Assembly: GCA_902762435.1 (NCBI GenBank)
Contig: CACWOH010000009.1
Span: forward strand, 3,278 to 67,277
DNA: 64,000 nt
Direction of reading: 5' to 3'
Source: an uncultured Bacteroidia bacterium
GTDB taxonomy: Bacteria; Bacteroidota; Bacteroidia; Bacteroidales; UBA932
The notes beneath the pieces are model-generated. The model had not been told where the DNA came from. It searched no databases and worked only from the letters and a program-made list of their open reading frames with translations. Position 1 is the stretch's first letter. Each line of letters starts with the position of its first letter. This document shows positions 19,279 to 29,721 of this stretch, one piece after another. The position numbers and the translations under genes were made by a program.

Positions 19279-20190
19279 CTAGCCCTTCCGGTATTCAGTG
19301 GGAGTCTGCCCGGTCTGGATCTTGAAGAAACGGTAGAAGGTGGTCTGGTTGGGGAAGTTCAGGCGGGTGACGATCTCCTTGACGGGGAGGTCGGAATACC
19401 GCAGCATATTCTGCGCCTCCCCGACCACCAGGGCGTCGATCCATTCGTGGGCGGAGCGGCCACTGACGGTCTTGACCATCTTCGACAGGTATTTCGGCGA
19501 CATATAGAGCTTGTCCGCATAAAAACCGAGCGAGCGCTCCGTCATATGATAATCCTGCGCGAGGCGGAGGAAATCCTCGAACACCTCGCGGGCACGGAAT
19601 GAGCCGCGGGCGTGCCGGCGCGCCTCGGTCACCCTGTCCTGCCAGAGCGAACCCGCCCAGAAGAAACTGGAGGCGATGAGCATGATCACGGATTCCCGGA
19701 TATCGGGCAGGGTGCGCCTGGAGACATTCACGACGAGTTCGAAATACCTCCGGCAGACGTCCATCTCGTCATCGCGGAGCATGATGGCGGGATTCTCCAT
19801 GAAGCGCAGGCTCTCCTGGTAGATACGGTTGAAATTCATCCGGGAGCCGGTCAACAGGTCGGTGGCGATCGCCGCCACGGCAAAACGCACGTGCTTTCCC
19901 GGCTCGGAGACCACCTTGCGCATGCGCACGACGTTGTGCGGGGTATAGATCAGCATCGAACAGGCGTCCAGCACATGGACGTGACGGTTGATCTCGATCT
20001 CGATCCGCCCGCCGTAACAGAGGATGACCAGGTAGGCGTCCACCCGGAGGGGGTGGTCGGTCAGCTCCGTCTCTTCCGTACAATTCATCCTCGCCAGGAA
20101 CAGATCGTCCTCCAGCTCCGCCTTGACCGCCCGTTCCGGGAAGAGCCGGCGCAAGCCCTTAAGGTCCAGTTCAGTGTATACTTCTGCCAT
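19279..20190 (-). CDS. AraC family transcriptional regulator
   Basis: C-terminal double HTH: YADKLYMSPKYLS..., LNFPNQTTFYRFFKIQTGQTPTEYR. Confidence 0.92.
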   Translation of the reverse strand: MAEVYTELDLKGLRRLFPERAVKAELEDDLFLARMNCTEETELTDHPLRVDAYLVILCYGGRIEIEINRHVHVLDACSMLIYTPHNVVRMRKVVSEPGKHVRFAVAAIATDLLTGSRMNFNRIYQESLRFMENPAIMLRDDEMDVCRRYFELVVNVSRRTLPDIRESVIMLIASSFFWAGSLWQDRVTEARRHARGSFRAREVFEDFLRLAQDYHMTERSLGFYADKLYMSPKYLSKMVKTVSGRSAHEWIDALVVGEAQNMLRYSDLPVKEIVTRLNFPNQTTFYRFFKIQTGQTPTEYRKG

Positions 20191-20252
20191 TCTCTATCTT
20201 CTATTCATACAAAAATACAAAATAATTCGAACTAATTCGTATATTTGTTACC

Positions 20253-21032
20253 ATGATGAAACGAATCCTTCCCCTCCTGCTCGCACTGCAGATTGCCTGC
20301 GGATGCGGCGTCCTCTCCGGAATCAACTGGGACACCGGACATCTGGTCAACGCCGGCGCCAAGGCCGCTACGGCCGCCTCGATGACGGACGAGCAGATCA
20401 GCGAACTCTGCCGGCAGTCCGTCGCCTACGCGGACGCCCAGACCCCCATGGCGGACGCCAAGTACCAGCAGCGCCTCGCCAAACTGATGAAGGGCATCAG
20501 CGAAATCGACGGCAAACCCCTCAATTTCAAGGTGTACAAATCCAACGAAGTCAACGCCTGCGCCTACGGGGACGGCTCCGTCCGCGTGAACTCCGCGCTG
20601 ATGGACCTGATGGATGACGACGAGCTGATCGCCGTGATCGGCCACGAACTCGGGCACGTGCACAACAAGGATTCCAAGAAAGCGATGCAGCGGGCTTATC
20701 TGGGCTCCGCCGCCCGTGAGGCGATCTTCGCCGCCGGCGGCTACGGCCAGCTGGCCGGCACCGTGCTCGGCGACATCTCGGAGGCCTACGTCAACGCCCA
20801 GTTCTCCCAGAAACAGGAATCCAACGCCGACGAATTCGGTTTCCAGTTCGCCATCGACCACGGCCACGACCCGTACAGCATGTACCGCTCGCTCGCCAAG
20901 CTCAACACCCTCTCCTCGGGCAGCCAGTCCTCCACCCTCGCCAAGATGTTCTCCTCACACCCCGACAGCGTCAAGCGGGCGGAGAAGATGAAGAAGAAGG
21001 CGGACGACTACGTCAGCAAGCAGGGGAAGTAA
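20253..21032 (+). CDS. M48 family metalloprotease lipoprotein (LoiP/YggG-like)
   Basis: VNACAYGDG, HELGH (HExxH), QESNAD, FSSHP. Confidence 0.88.
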   Translation: MMKRILPLLLALQIACGCGVLSGINWDTGHLVNAGAKAATAASMTDEQISELCRQSVAYADAQTPMADAKYQQRLAKLMKGISEIDGKPLNFKVYKSNEVNACAYGDGSVRVNSALMDLMDDDELIAVIGHELGHVHNKDSKKAMQRAYLGSAAREAIFAAGGYGQLAGTVLGDISEAYVNAQFSQKQESNADEFGFQFAIDHGHDPYSMYRSLAKLNTLSSGSQSSTLAKMFSSHPDSVKRAEKMKKKADDYVSKQGK

Positions 21033-21055
21033 CGGCCGCAGCGAAATGCAAATGA

Positions 21056-21083
21056 AAAATCCGCGTCAGTTGACGCGGATTTT
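21056..21083. terminator. Bidirectional terminator hairpin
   Basis: Perfect 13-bp inverted repeat aaaatccgcgtca / tgacgcggatttt. Confidence 0.75.
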
Positions 21084-22106
21084 CTGTCCGATCCGGAGCC
21101 GGTTCGAATTGACTCCGGGGTTGAGTTTCTGAATGGTTGACAGCGACTTGCCGTAGCGTTTCGCGATGGCCCCCAGCGTGTCTCCCGACTTGACCGTATG
21201 ATAGCGGATCGCGGCTTTTTCGGCGGCGATGCGCTTCTCTTCCTCGACGATCTTCTCGTCGGCCGCATACACGTCCTCTTCTTCGTCCAGCGACTGCGGG
21301 ACATAGTGAGAAGAAGCGTCCAGGTAGCTGCGGCGCAGCACGAAGACGTTGGAGCGGAGTTCCCCTTTCTCGTAGTCCGCAATCCACTCGGGATCGAAGG
21401 CGAAGCCCTTGTAGCGCGTCTCGAAATGCAGGTGCGGGCCCGTGGAGCGGCCTGTGGAACCGCCCAGGCCGATCTGGTCACCGGCACGCACCCAGTCCCC
21501 CACCTCCACCTCACGCTTCGACAGGTGGGCATAGAAGGTCTCCAGGCCGTTCTCGTGGCGGATGATGATGAGGTTGCCGTAGCCGGAATGGTACTCCGAC
21601 ATACGCACGCGGCCGTCGAAGGCGGCCACCACCGGCGTACCCGTCTTCAATGGCAGGTCCACGCCCTGGTGGCGCCGGCCGTGACGGTAGCCGAACTTCG
21701 AGAAGGGCTTCGTCTGGTTGGGGCACACGAACGAGCTCGTCTCGTCCACCAGCAGGATCGTGTTGTGCAGCGGAAGGCTGTCCAGCGGGATGTGGTAGGC
21801 GTCGGTCGTGTTGGCCACCCAGTTGTCCTTGAAGACATCCTCTTCCCCGAGCATCTTGATATTCTTGATGTAGTACCAGGTGTGGTCGTCCCGCAGGACG
21901 AGCAGCAGGCGGCCGTCCGCGATGTCCAGGGTGTCCATCGCCACGCCCTTCCCTTCCTTGAACCGGGCCGGATCGGTGCGGAAGGCCTCGGGAACGACGT
22001 CCGGCACGCCGCCCTTCAGGCTGTCCGCCCGCGAAAGGGAATCGGCCGCCTGGCCCCACCCGAGCACGGGCAGGGCCAGCAGCAGGAGTGTGGGCAGCGC
22101 TCTCAT
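21066..22106 (-). CDS. M23 metallopeptidase with C-terminal LysM
   Basis: HQGVD, YAHL, GPHLHFE; YHTVKSGDTLGAIAKRYG LysM; ATG 22106 overlaps the upstream TGA. Confidence 0.9.
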   Translation of the reverse strand: MRALPTLLLLALPVLGWGQAADSLSRADSLKGGVPDVVPEAFRTDPARFKEGKGVAMDTLDIADGRLLLVLRDDHTWYYIKNIKMLGEEDVFKDNWVANTTDAYHIPLDSLPLHNTILLVDETSSFVCPNQTKPFSKFGYRHGRRHQGVDLPLKTGTPVVAAFDGRVRMSEYHSGYGNLIIIRHENGLETFYAHLSKREVEVGDWVRAGDQIGLGGSTGRSTGPHLHFETRYKGFAFDPEWIADYEKGELRSNVFVLRRSYLDASSHYVPQSLDEEEDVYAADEKIVEEEKRIAAEKAAIRYHTVKSGDTLGAIAKRYGKSLSTIQKLNPGVNSNRLRIGQKIRVN

Positions 22107-23470
22107 CAGGAACGCACGGCGCCGAAGCGCTCCGTCAGCAGGCGGCAGGCTTCGTCGATCTTTTCCTGCAGGAGGGCCTCCGAACGGGCTTCGCAGATGA
22201 AACGCAGGTAAGGTTCGGTATTGGAAGGACGGATGTTGAACCACCAGTCGGCGAACTCCAGGCGGTAGCCGTCGAAGTCCATCACCTTGAGCGGCTGCTC
22301 CTGTTCGGAGAAGAACGCGCAGACGGCCTTCATGGCGCCCGGCTTGTCTTCCAGGCGGAAGTTGATCTCGCCGGAGTTGCAGTACCCCGCGATCTCGGCG
22401 ATCTGCCCGCTGAAGGTCTTGCCCTGCTTCTTGAGGGCGGCGACGATGCGCAGGACGATCAGCGAAGACAGCAGGCCGCTGTCGGAATAGAAGAAGTCCT
22501 TGAAATAGTAGTGCCCGGCGAGCTCGCCGCCCCACAGGCCGTCGATCTCGCGGAGCTTCGGTGCGGCGAAGGCGCGGCCCACCCGCCAGGTGTGCAGCTC
22601 GGCGCCGTACCGGGCCAGGTACTCGCCCACCGCCTTGGAGCTGCGTATCTCCTGCAGCACGCGCGGGTTCTTCTCGCCCCGTTCGTCGCAGAAGTACAGC
22701 GCCATCATCGCGATGACGAGGTCCGGAGCCACGAACTGCCCCTTCTCGTCCACGAACATCACGCGGTCGGCGTCGCCGTCGTAGATCACGCCCACGTCGG
22801 AGCCGGTCTTCCGGACCAGCTGCTTGAGCGGCTCCACGTTCTTCGCGATGAGCGGATTGGGCTCGTGGTTGGGGAAACGGCCGTCGAGCGTATCGAAAAG
22901 ATAGGCCGGCTCCTCGCCGAAGACCTCGTGCGCGAACAGGCAGGACATGCCGTTGGACAGGTCGAAGGCGATCTTGAGGCCGCTGTAGTCCCCTTTGTAC
23001 TTCATCATGAAGTCGATGTAGTCCCGATGGATGTCCATCTCGCGCACCTGGCCGCGCACGGCGGCGGGCGGCGTCGGGCGGCCTTCCTCGATCCAGGCCT
23101 TGATCTGGCCCAGGCCGGTGTCCAGGCCCACGGGCAGCGCGTTCTCGCGGCTGACCTTCATGCCGTTGTATTCGGCGGGGTTGTGGCTTGCCGTGATCTG
23201 CACGGAGGCCTTGAAGCCGTAGTTGGCGGTGCCGAAGTACACCATCGGCGTAGTGCTGAGGCCGATGTCGGCGACATCGGCGCCCGCATCGCAGATGCCT
23301 TCGAGCAGGGCGTCGTGGATCTCCTGCGAGGACACGCGGCAGTCGCGTCCGACCAGCACCTCTTTGGCGCCGAGCAGTTCGGGAAGGAAATATCCGACCT
23401 TGTAGGCCGTGGTCCGGTCGAAATCCACTCCGTAGATTCCGCGGATATCATAAGCGTGAAATGCTCCCAT
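22106..23470 (-). CDS. Phosphomannomutase/phosphoglucomutase
   Basis: FHAYDIRG, ITASHNP, DGDADR, GGELAGH, RPSNTEP. Confidence 0.93.
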   Translation of the reverse strand: MGAFHAYDIRGIYGVDFDRTTAYKVGYFLPELLGAKEVLVGRDCRVSSQEIHDALLEGICDAGADVADIGLSTTPMVYFGTANYGFKASVQITASHNPAEYNGMKVSRENALPVGLDTGLGQIKAWIEEGRPTPPAAVRGQVREMDIHRDYIDFMMKYKGDYSGLKIAFDLSNGMSCLFAHEVFGEEPAYLFDTLDGRFPNHEPNPLIAKNVEPLKQLVRKTGSDVGVIYDGDADRVMFVDEKGQFVAPDLVIAMMALYFCDERGEKNPRVLQEIRSSKAVGEYLARYGAELHTWRVGRAFAAPKLREIDGLWGGELAGHYYFKDFFYSDSGLLSSLIVLRIVAALKKQGKTFSGQIAEIAGYCNSGEINFRLEDKPGAMKAVCAFFSEQEQPLKVMDFDGYRLEFADWWFNIRPSNTEPYLRFICEARSEALLQEKIDEACRLLTERFGAVRS

Positions 23471-23562
23471 AACAAGTGTTGAATTACGGTTATCAGTACA
23501 CGGGCGGCCGAAAAAAGGCCGCATCCGGACAAAGATACGAAAAAAAACGGAAGCTCCGCCCC

Positions 23563-24351
23563 TTACTCCAGATAGCGTTCGCGCAGCACCCGGCAGTCGT
23601 CCTCCGTCAGGCCCAGGCAGGTGGCGATGTAATTGCCCAGCGAGCCCCACTGCGCGTCGATGAGGTCCAGGGTCCGGCAGAAATTCCGGGTGCTCACGCC
23701 CATGAAGGCGCGCACCACGTCCTTCTGCTCCTCGCCGCCGCCCAGCGCATCGATTTCCGCGCAGAAGCGGTCCACCAGCGGGCGGTAGCTGTCGTTGGAG
23801 CGGTCGAAATCCGTCACGATGGTCTCCCGGTCGGCGCCCAGCGCCCCCAGGATGAAGGCCGCCCCGATCCCGGTCCGGTCCTTGCCCTGCGAGCAGTGCC
23901 AGAGCACCGCCCCGTCGGGCGTCTCCAGGATCTTGTTCAGGAAGGTCGCGTATTGCAGCTGGGAGAATTCGCTGATGACCAGCGAGGGATACAGTTCGCG
24001 CGCCTTCTGCTGGAACAGCGGGGTGAAGGCCAGGCGCACGATGTGGGACGACAGGTCCAGCCAGGTCTCGGCCGGGACGGCCTCGCCCGAAGCGCGCTCC
24101 GCCTCCACGTCCAGCGTGGGCAGCAAGATGTGCTCGGCCCCCGGCACCTCGCGGTCCGGCAGGGCCTGCGCCTCGGAGAAGGTGCGGAAATCAAAGATGA
24201 CGCGGAGCCGGAAATGCTCCGCGAGCAGGCGCACGTCAGCGTCGGACGCATCGTGCAGGTGCGCGGTGCGCAGCAGGCGGCCGGACCTGATCCGGCGCCC
24301 GCCGACGGGCAGCCCGCCGAGATCCCGCACGTTGACGACCTGCTCGAACAT
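23563..24351 (-). CDS. Protein-tyrosine/lipid phosphatase (Y_phosphatase3 family)
   Basis: NVRDLGG, HCSQGKDRTG P-loop. Confidence 0.88.
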   Translation of the reverse strand: MFEQVVNVRDLGGLPVGGRRIRSGRLLRTAHLHDASDADVRLLAEHFRLRVIFDFRTFSEAQALPDREVPGAEHILLPTLDVEAERASGEAVPAETWLDLSSHIVRLAFTPLFQQKARELYPSLVISEFSQLQYATFLNKILETPDGAVLWHCSQGKDRTGIGAAFILGALGADRETIVTDFDRSNDSYRPLVDRFCAEIDALGGGEEQKDVVRAFMGVSTRNFCRTLDLIDAQWGSLGNYIATCLGLTEDDCRVLRERYLE

Positions 24352-24353
24352 CC

Positions 24354-24908
24354 CTACTTGATCTTGGCCTTGTAGGCGGTGCTCACCTTGCCGTGCGAGA
24401 TGCCCAGCAGCTTCTTGGACAGCATTTTCCGGCGGATGGGGGCCACGATGTCCGTGAACAGCTGGCCGTCCAGGTGGGAGAACTCGTGCTGGATCATCCG
24501 GGCGGCGAACTTGTCGAAGGTCTCCGTCTTCTTTTCCAGGTTCTCGTCGTAGTACTCGACCGTCAGGGACTCCGGGCGGCGGACGTCGCAGTAGATGCCG
24601 GGAATGCTCAGGCAGCCCTCGTTGTACTCGCACATCGTCTCGCTCTCCGAGAGCACCACCGGATTGATGAACGTGCGGCGGAAACCCTTCAGGTAGGGAT
24701 AGATGTCCGCCATGATGTCGCCGTTGACCACGGCCACCCGCCGGCTCACCCCGATCTGGGGCGCCGCCAGGCCGCAGCCTTCGGAATGGTCCAGGGTGTC
24801 CCACAGGTCCTGCACCAGGGAATTCAGGCCCTCCTTGTCCGTGAGTTCGGCGGGCGCCGCGACCTTGCGCAGCACCTCCGATCCGTACAGGTAAATCGCT
24901 TGTATCAT
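24354..24908 (-). CDS. def: Peptide deformylase
   Basis: GCGLAAPQIG, EGCLS, QHEFSHLDG; only the last 184 aa of the 1025-aa track ORF are real. Confidence 0.95.
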   Translation of the reverse strand: MIQAIYLYGSEVLRKVAAPAELTDKEGLNSLVQDLWDTLDHSEGCGLAAPQIGVSRRVAVVNGDIMADIYPYLKGFRRTFINPVVLSESETMCEYNEGCLSIPGIYCDVRRPESLTVEYYDENLEKKTETFDKFAARMIQHEFSHLDGQLFTDIVAPIRRKMLSKKLLGISHGKVSTAYKAKIK

Positions 24909-25321
24909 TGCTTTTTCTTGTCCAGGTAACTTTGCAGGATGATGGCCGCGCTGATGCGGTCCACGGATTTCTTGTCCCGCCGGTCGCTTTTCTTCATCCC
25001 GCCGTCGATCATCGCCCGGTGCGCCAGCACCGAGGTGAAGCGCTCGTCCTCCAGTTCCACCGGCACCTGCGGGAACGCCTTGCGGAGGCGCTTCAGGAAG
25101 GCTTCCACGTCCGCCGCGGCCTGCGCCGGCTCCCCGTTCAGGTTCAGCGGCCAGCCCACGACAAAACGCTCCACCGTCTCGGAAACGGCGTAACTTTGGA
25201 GATAATCTATTATCTTTGCAGACGGAACGGTTTCGAGCGGAGACGCGAAAATGCCCAGCGGGTCGCTCACGGCGACTCCCACCCGGGCGCTTCCGTAGTC
25301 TATTCCTATCGTCCTGTTCAT
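24905..25321 (-). CDS. ruvX: Pre-16S rRNA maturation nuclease YqgF/RuvX
   Basis: IGIDYGSARVGVAVSD, DERFTS, VDRISAAIILQSYL. Confidence 0.93.
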   Translation of the reverse strand: MNRTIGIDYGSARVGVAVSDPLGIFASPLETVPSAKIIDYLQSYAVSETVERFVVGWPLNLNGEPAQAAADVEAFLKRLRKAFPQVPVELEDERFTSVLAHRAMIDGGMKKSDRRDKKSVDRISAAIILQSYLDKKKQ

Positions 25322-25346
25322 CAGACTGCAAATTTAATTCAAAAGT

Positions 25347-26195
25347 ATGGGAAGACAAAATCCGGAACGCGAGAGAAGGACCTACCGGCTGTCCCTGTTG
25401 GACAACGACACCCACGACACCCTCCGCTCGGTCCGTTTCACCAAGCTCGGCTTCATCTACGGCGCCATTACCGCCGTACTGGCCCTGCTGCTCGTCTTCT
25501 ACCTCCTGTTCGCCTTCACCCCGCTGCGGACCATCATCCCGGGCTACCCCAACCCGCATTCCCGGAAGGAAGCCGTGGCGAACGCCATCAAGATCGACTC
25601 CCTGGAAAACGTCATCACCCGCTGGAACCTCTATGCCGCCAACCTGAGCCGCGTGCTCACCGGCGAGGCCACCGTGGATTTCGACAGCCTCGTCCGTTCC
25701 GCCACGCCGCGCTACCTGTCCGACAAGGACGCCGCCGAACTGGCGCGCCGCGACTCCGTCCTGCGGGAGACCGTCCAGAAGGAGGAGCAGTTCGGCGTGG
25801 GCAGCCCCGAACGCGCCCTGCCCATCGAGGGGATGCATTTCTTCTCCCCGCTCAAGGGCGTCGTCGCCGTGGGCTACGACCCGGTCCTGCACCCGTCCAT
25901 CGACATTTCCGCCCCCACCGGCAGCGTCGTGAGCGCCGTGCTTGACGGCATCGTCGTCTTCACCGGCCGCGACGCCGAGGAAGGCTACATCACCGTCCTG
26001 CAGCACCGCGACAACCTGATCAGCATCTACGCCAACAACCAGCGGCTCCTCCGGAGCACCGGCGAGTCGGTCAAGGCCGGCACGCCCATCGCCCTGGTCG
26101 GCGGCATCGCCGGACGGGAGGGCGCGGAGAACCTCCACTTCGCCCTCTGGCACGACGGCGCGAGCCTTGACCCCACCCGATACATCAGTTTCTAA
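25347..26195 (+). CDS. M23 family protein with N-terminal membrane anchor and degenerate HxH motif
   Basis: HPSID, GYITVLQH, NLHF. Confidence 0.8.
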   Translation: MGRQNPERERRTYRLSLLDNDTHDTLRSVRFTKLGFIYGAITAVLALLLVFYLLFAFTPLRTIIPGYPNPHSRKEAVANAIKIDSLENVITRWNLYAANLSRVLTGEATVDFDSLVRSATPRYLSDKDAAELARRDSVLRETVQKEEQFGVGSPERALPIEGMHFFSPLKGVVAVGYDPVLHPSIDISAPTGSVVSAVLDGIVVFTGRDAEEGYITVLQHRDNLISIYANNQRLLRSTGESVKAGTPIALVGGIAGREGAENLHFALWHDGASLDPTRYISF

Positions 26196-27347
26196 GTGAA
26201 AAGAAGAATCGCCATACTTGGATCTACCGGGTCCATCGGCACCCAGACGCTGGACGTCATCCGGCAGCACCGGGACCTCTTCGAGGTCGTCCTCCTTTCC
26301 GCACGGCGCAGCGCGGACCTGCTGATCCGGCAGGCCGTCGAGTTCGACGCCGCCCACGTGGTCATCTGCGACGAAGCCCGCTACCGCGAAGTGGCGGACG
26401 CCCTGCAGGACCGCGGAACGACGGTCTGGGCGGGCGTGGACAGCCTCTGCGACCTGGTCGGGATGGATTCCGTGGACATCGTCGTGGGCGCGATGGTCGG
26501 CTTCAGCGGCCTGCGGCCCACCCTGGCGGCCCTGGAGGCGGGCAAGATCGTCGCCCTCGCCAACAAGGAGACGCTGGTGGCCGCCGGCTCCATCGTCACC
26601 CGCACCGCCGAACGCAGCGGCGGGCGCCTGCTGCCGGTGGACTCCGAGCACTCCGCCATCTTCCAGTGCCTGCTTGCCGCGAACGGCAATCCCGTCGAAA
26701 AGGTGCACCTGACCGCCTCCGGCGGCCCCTTCCGCACCTGGGACAGGCAGCAGATCGCCGGCGCCACCGCCGCCCAGGCGCTCCGGCACCCCAACTGGGA
26801 CATGGGCGCCAAGGTCACGATCGACTCCGCCACGATGATGAACAAGGGCTTCGAGGTCATCGAGGCGAAATGGCTCTTCGGGCTGGAGCCGGACCGCATC
26901 CGCGTGGTCGTGCACCCCGAATCCGTCATCCACTCGATGGTCGAGTTCGCCGACGGCGCCGTCATCGCGCAGCTCGGCTGCCCGGACATGCGGCAGCCCA
27001 TCGGCTTCGCCCTCGGCTTCCCGCAGCGCCTGAGCGTGGGCAACCGCAAGCTGGACTTCGCCGAACTGGGCCGGCTCAGCTTCGAGGCGCCCGATACAAG
27101 CCGTTTCCCCTGCCTGCAGCTCGCCTACGACGCGCTGCGCCGCGGCGGCAATGCGCCCTGCGCGCTGAACGCCGCCAACGAGGTCGCGGTGGCCGCCTAC
27201 CTCAAGGACCTGATCTCTTTCTACGATATTGCCAAGATCTGCGAGCGCGCGCTCGCGGGCATGGATTTTGTGGCGGACCCTTCGCTCGAAGACATCTTCG
27301 GGACGAACCGAGAAATCGCCGCAATAGCTGATGGTTATCTTCATTAA
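26196..27347 (+). CDS. dxr: 1-deoxy-D-xylulose-5-phosphate reductoisomerase
   Basis: LGSTGSIGTQ, LANKETLV, PVDSEHSA, NWDMGAKVTIDSATMMNKG; GTG start. Confidence 0.97.
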   Translation: MKRRIAILGSTGSIGTQTLDVIRQHRDLFEVVLLSARRSADLLIRQAVEFDAAHVVICDEARYREVADALQDRGTTVWAGVDSLCDLVGMDSVDIVVGAMVGFSGLRPTLAALEAGKIVALANKETLVAAGSIVTRTAERSGGRLLPVDSEHSAIFQCLLAANGNPVEKVHLTASGGPFRTWDRQQIAGATAAQALRHPNWDMGAKVTIDSATMMNKGFEVIEAKWLFGLEPDRIRVVVHPESVIHSMVEFADGAVIAQLGCPDMRQPIGFALGFPQRLSVGNRKLDFAELGRLSFEAPDTSRFPCLQLAYDALRRGGNAPCALNAANEVAVAAYLKDLISFYDIAKICERALAGMDFVADPSLEDIFGTNREIAAIADGYLH

Positions 27348-28632
27348 GACCCTGCAGGTCATCCTTGCCCTGTCCGTGCTCATCATCATCCATGAGTTCG
27401 GCCATTTCCTGTGGGCGAGGGCGTTCGGCATCCGGGTCGAGAAATTCTACCTCTTCTTCGACGTGGGCGGCAAGGCGCTGGCCCGCTGGCACTGGGGCGG
27501 CACCGAGTTCGGCATCGGCTGGCTGCCGTTCGGCGGCTACTGCAAGATCGCCGGGATGGTGGACGAGTCCATGGACCTGGATCAGCTGAAACGCGACCCG
27601 CAGCCCTGGGAGTTCCGCACGCATCCCGCCTGGCAGCGCCTGCTGGTGATGGCCGGCGGCGTGATCAACAACTTCATCTTCGCCATCCTCGCCTTCATCG
27701 CCATCATGGGCATCTGGGGCGACTCCTACATCCCCAACCGCGGCAACAAGGTCTACGTGGACGAACTCGCCTACGACCTGGGATTCCGCACCGGCGACGA
27801 AATCCTCCGCCTGGACGACTACGTACCCGAGAACTTCGGGATGCTGCAGGCCGACCTGGTGCGCCGGAACGTCACCAAGGCCACCGTCCTGCGCGGGGCC
27901 GACACCCTGGACATCTACATCGACCAGGCCCGCATCGGTGACATCCTCAGCGACGCGCTGCTGTTCGACCTGGCCATCCCGTTCGTCGTGGACTCCGTGG
28001 CCGCCGACGGGCTGAACGCCGGCTCCGGGCTGCGCCGGGGCGACCGCATCGTCGCCTTCGACGGCCAGGAGGTGGCCTACCTCCAGGACGCGCGCCCGCT
28101 GCTCGAAACCCTGAATTCCCGGGAAGTGGCGGCGTCCGTGGTCCGCGGGACGGACACCCTCGGACTGCCCGTCCGCGTGGACAGCACCGGCCGCATCGGC
28201 GTGTACATGCGCGCACCGGAGGTCACCGTGCGCCACTACAACCTGCTGGAAGCCATCCCCGCCGGCTGGCGGGAGGCGGGCCGGAGCATCAGCGGCTACC
28301 TGGACGACCTGTCCCTGCTCGCGCGGCCTTCCACCGGCGCCTACAAGTCCGTGGGCAGTTTCATCGCCATCGGGCAGGTCTTCCCGGACACCTGGGACTG
28401 GTACCGCTTCCTGTACATCCTCGCCCTGCTGTCCATCATGCTGGGCGTGATGAACCTCCTCCCCATCCCGGGGCTCGACGGCGGCCACATCCTCTTCACC
28501 CTCTACGAAATCCTGACCGGCCGCAAGCCCGGCGAGAAGTTCCTCGTCGTGGCCCAGACCATCGGCATGATCCTCATCCTGGCGCTGATGTTCCTCGCCT
28601 TCGGCAACGACATCGCCCGGCTCATCCATTAA
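27331..28632 (+). CDS. rseP: RIP metalloprotease RseP
   Basis: HEFGH, PFGGYCKIAGM, PDZ domain, NLLPIPGLDGG. Confidence 0.95.
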   Translation: MVIFIKTLQVILALSVLIIIHEFGHFLWARAFGIRVEKFYLFFDVGGKALARWHWGGTEFGIGWLPFGGYCKIAGMVDESMDLDQLKRDPQPWEFRTHPAWQRLLVMAGGVINNFIFAILAFIAIMGIWGDSYIPNRGNKVYVDELAYDLGFRTGDEILRLDDYVPENFGMLQADLVRRNVTKATVLRGADTLDIYIDQARIGDILSDALLFDLAIPFVVDSVAADGLNAGSGLRRGDRIVAFDGQEVAYLQDARPLLETLNSREVAASVVRGTDTLGLPVRVDSTGRIGVYMRAPEVTVRHYNLLEAIPAGWREAGRSISGYLDDLSLLARPSTGAYKSVGSFIAIGQVFPDTWDWYRFLYILALLSIMLGVMNLLPIPGLDGGHILFTLYEILTGRKPGEKFLVVAQTIGMILILALMFLAFGNDIARLIH

Positions 28633-28650
28633 ACTGAAAATCAAAAAGAT

Positions 28651-29652
28651 ATGAAAGAAAAAGTTCTCCTCGGAACGGTCCTGGCAGCGGCCCTCGCCGT
28701 CCTGTCCGGCTGCAAGAACAGCGGCTCCCTGCTGCCCAGCATCAGCGGCAAGGCCGGCGAAATCCTCGTGGTGATGGAGAAGCCCGACTGGGAAGACAGC
28801 CTGGGCAACGACGTCCGCGACCTGCTGGCCGTCGACTGCCCCTGGCTCGCCCAGAAGGAGCCCCTCTATTCGCTCGTCAACGTCCCCCCTTCCGCTTTCG
28901 GCGACCTCTTCCAGGTGCACCGCAACATCCTGCTGTTCGCGGTGCATCCCCAGCTGGACACCACCGGCATCATCTACCAGCACGACGTCTGGGCGCAGCC
29001 CCAGTGCGTCATCCAGATCAGCGCCCGCAATTCCGCCGAGGCCTCCGCGATCCTGAAGGAGAAGGGACCGATGATCGTCAGCTCCATCGAGCAGGCCGAG
29101 CGCGACCGCGTGATCCGCAACACCCTGCGCTACGAAGAGCAGTCGCTCTACCCGAAGGTGGCGGAGATCTTCGGCGGCGCCCCGCACTTCCCCACCGGCT
29201 ACAAGCTGCGCAAGGCCACGGAGGACTTCGTCTGGATCGCCGACGACAAGCAGGCCTACCAGGACATCTTCGTTTACAGCTATCCCGTTGAAGACGACCC
29301 GTTTACGCTGGAGAAGATCATCGCCCACCGCAACGAGTTCCTCCAGGAGAACGTGCCCGGCATGTTCGACGGCACCTACATGACCACCAGCGAGTTCTTC
29401 ACCCCGACGCTCGAATTCCTGAAGTTCCGCGGACGTGATTTCGCGCAGGTGCGCGGCATGTGGGAGGTCCAGAACGATTTCATGGGCGGCCCCTTCGTGT
29501 CGCATTCCTTCTACAGCCCGGACGGCAGCCGGATCATCGTCGCCGAGGCGTGGGTGTACGCGCCGCAGTTCGACAAGCGGCAGTATCTCCGCCAGGTGGA
29601 GTCGGTCCTCTACTCCTGGGAGTGGGCCAAGGCAGAAAATGCAGAAAATTAA
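28651..29652 (+). CDS. DUF4837 family lipoprotein
   Basis: Lipobox LSGC; DVWAQPQ, RGMWEVQNDFMGGPFVS, DKRQYLRQVE. Confidence 0.75.
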   Translation: MKEKVLLGTVLAAALAVLSGCKNSGSLLPSISGKAGEILVVMEKPDWEDSLGNDVRDLLAVDCPWLAQKEPLYSLVNVPPSAFGDLFQVHRNILLFAVHPQLDTTGIIYQHDVWAQPQCVIQISARNSAEASAILKEKGPMIVSSIEQAERDRVIRNTLRYEEQSLYPKVAEIFGGAPHFPTGYKLRKATEDFVWIADDKQAYQDIFVYSYPVEDDPFTLEKIIAHRNEFLQENVPGMFDGTYMTTSEFFTPTLEFLKFRGRDFAQVRGMWEVQNDFMGGPFVSHSFYSPDGSRIIVAEAWVYAPQFDKRQYLRQVESVLYSWEWAKAENAEN

Positions 29653-29721
29653 TTTGTCAAGTCCAAAAAGTTTTCTATCTTTGCAGTCCCAATTTGGCGG
29701 ATAGCGCATTGGGATGAGTTT

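Noticed and set aside
24354-27431. 1025-aa minus-strand ORF suggesting a giant Def fusion
   Set aside because: Only the last 184 aa are Def; the rest is antisense to the M23 gene and dxr and out of frame over ruvX
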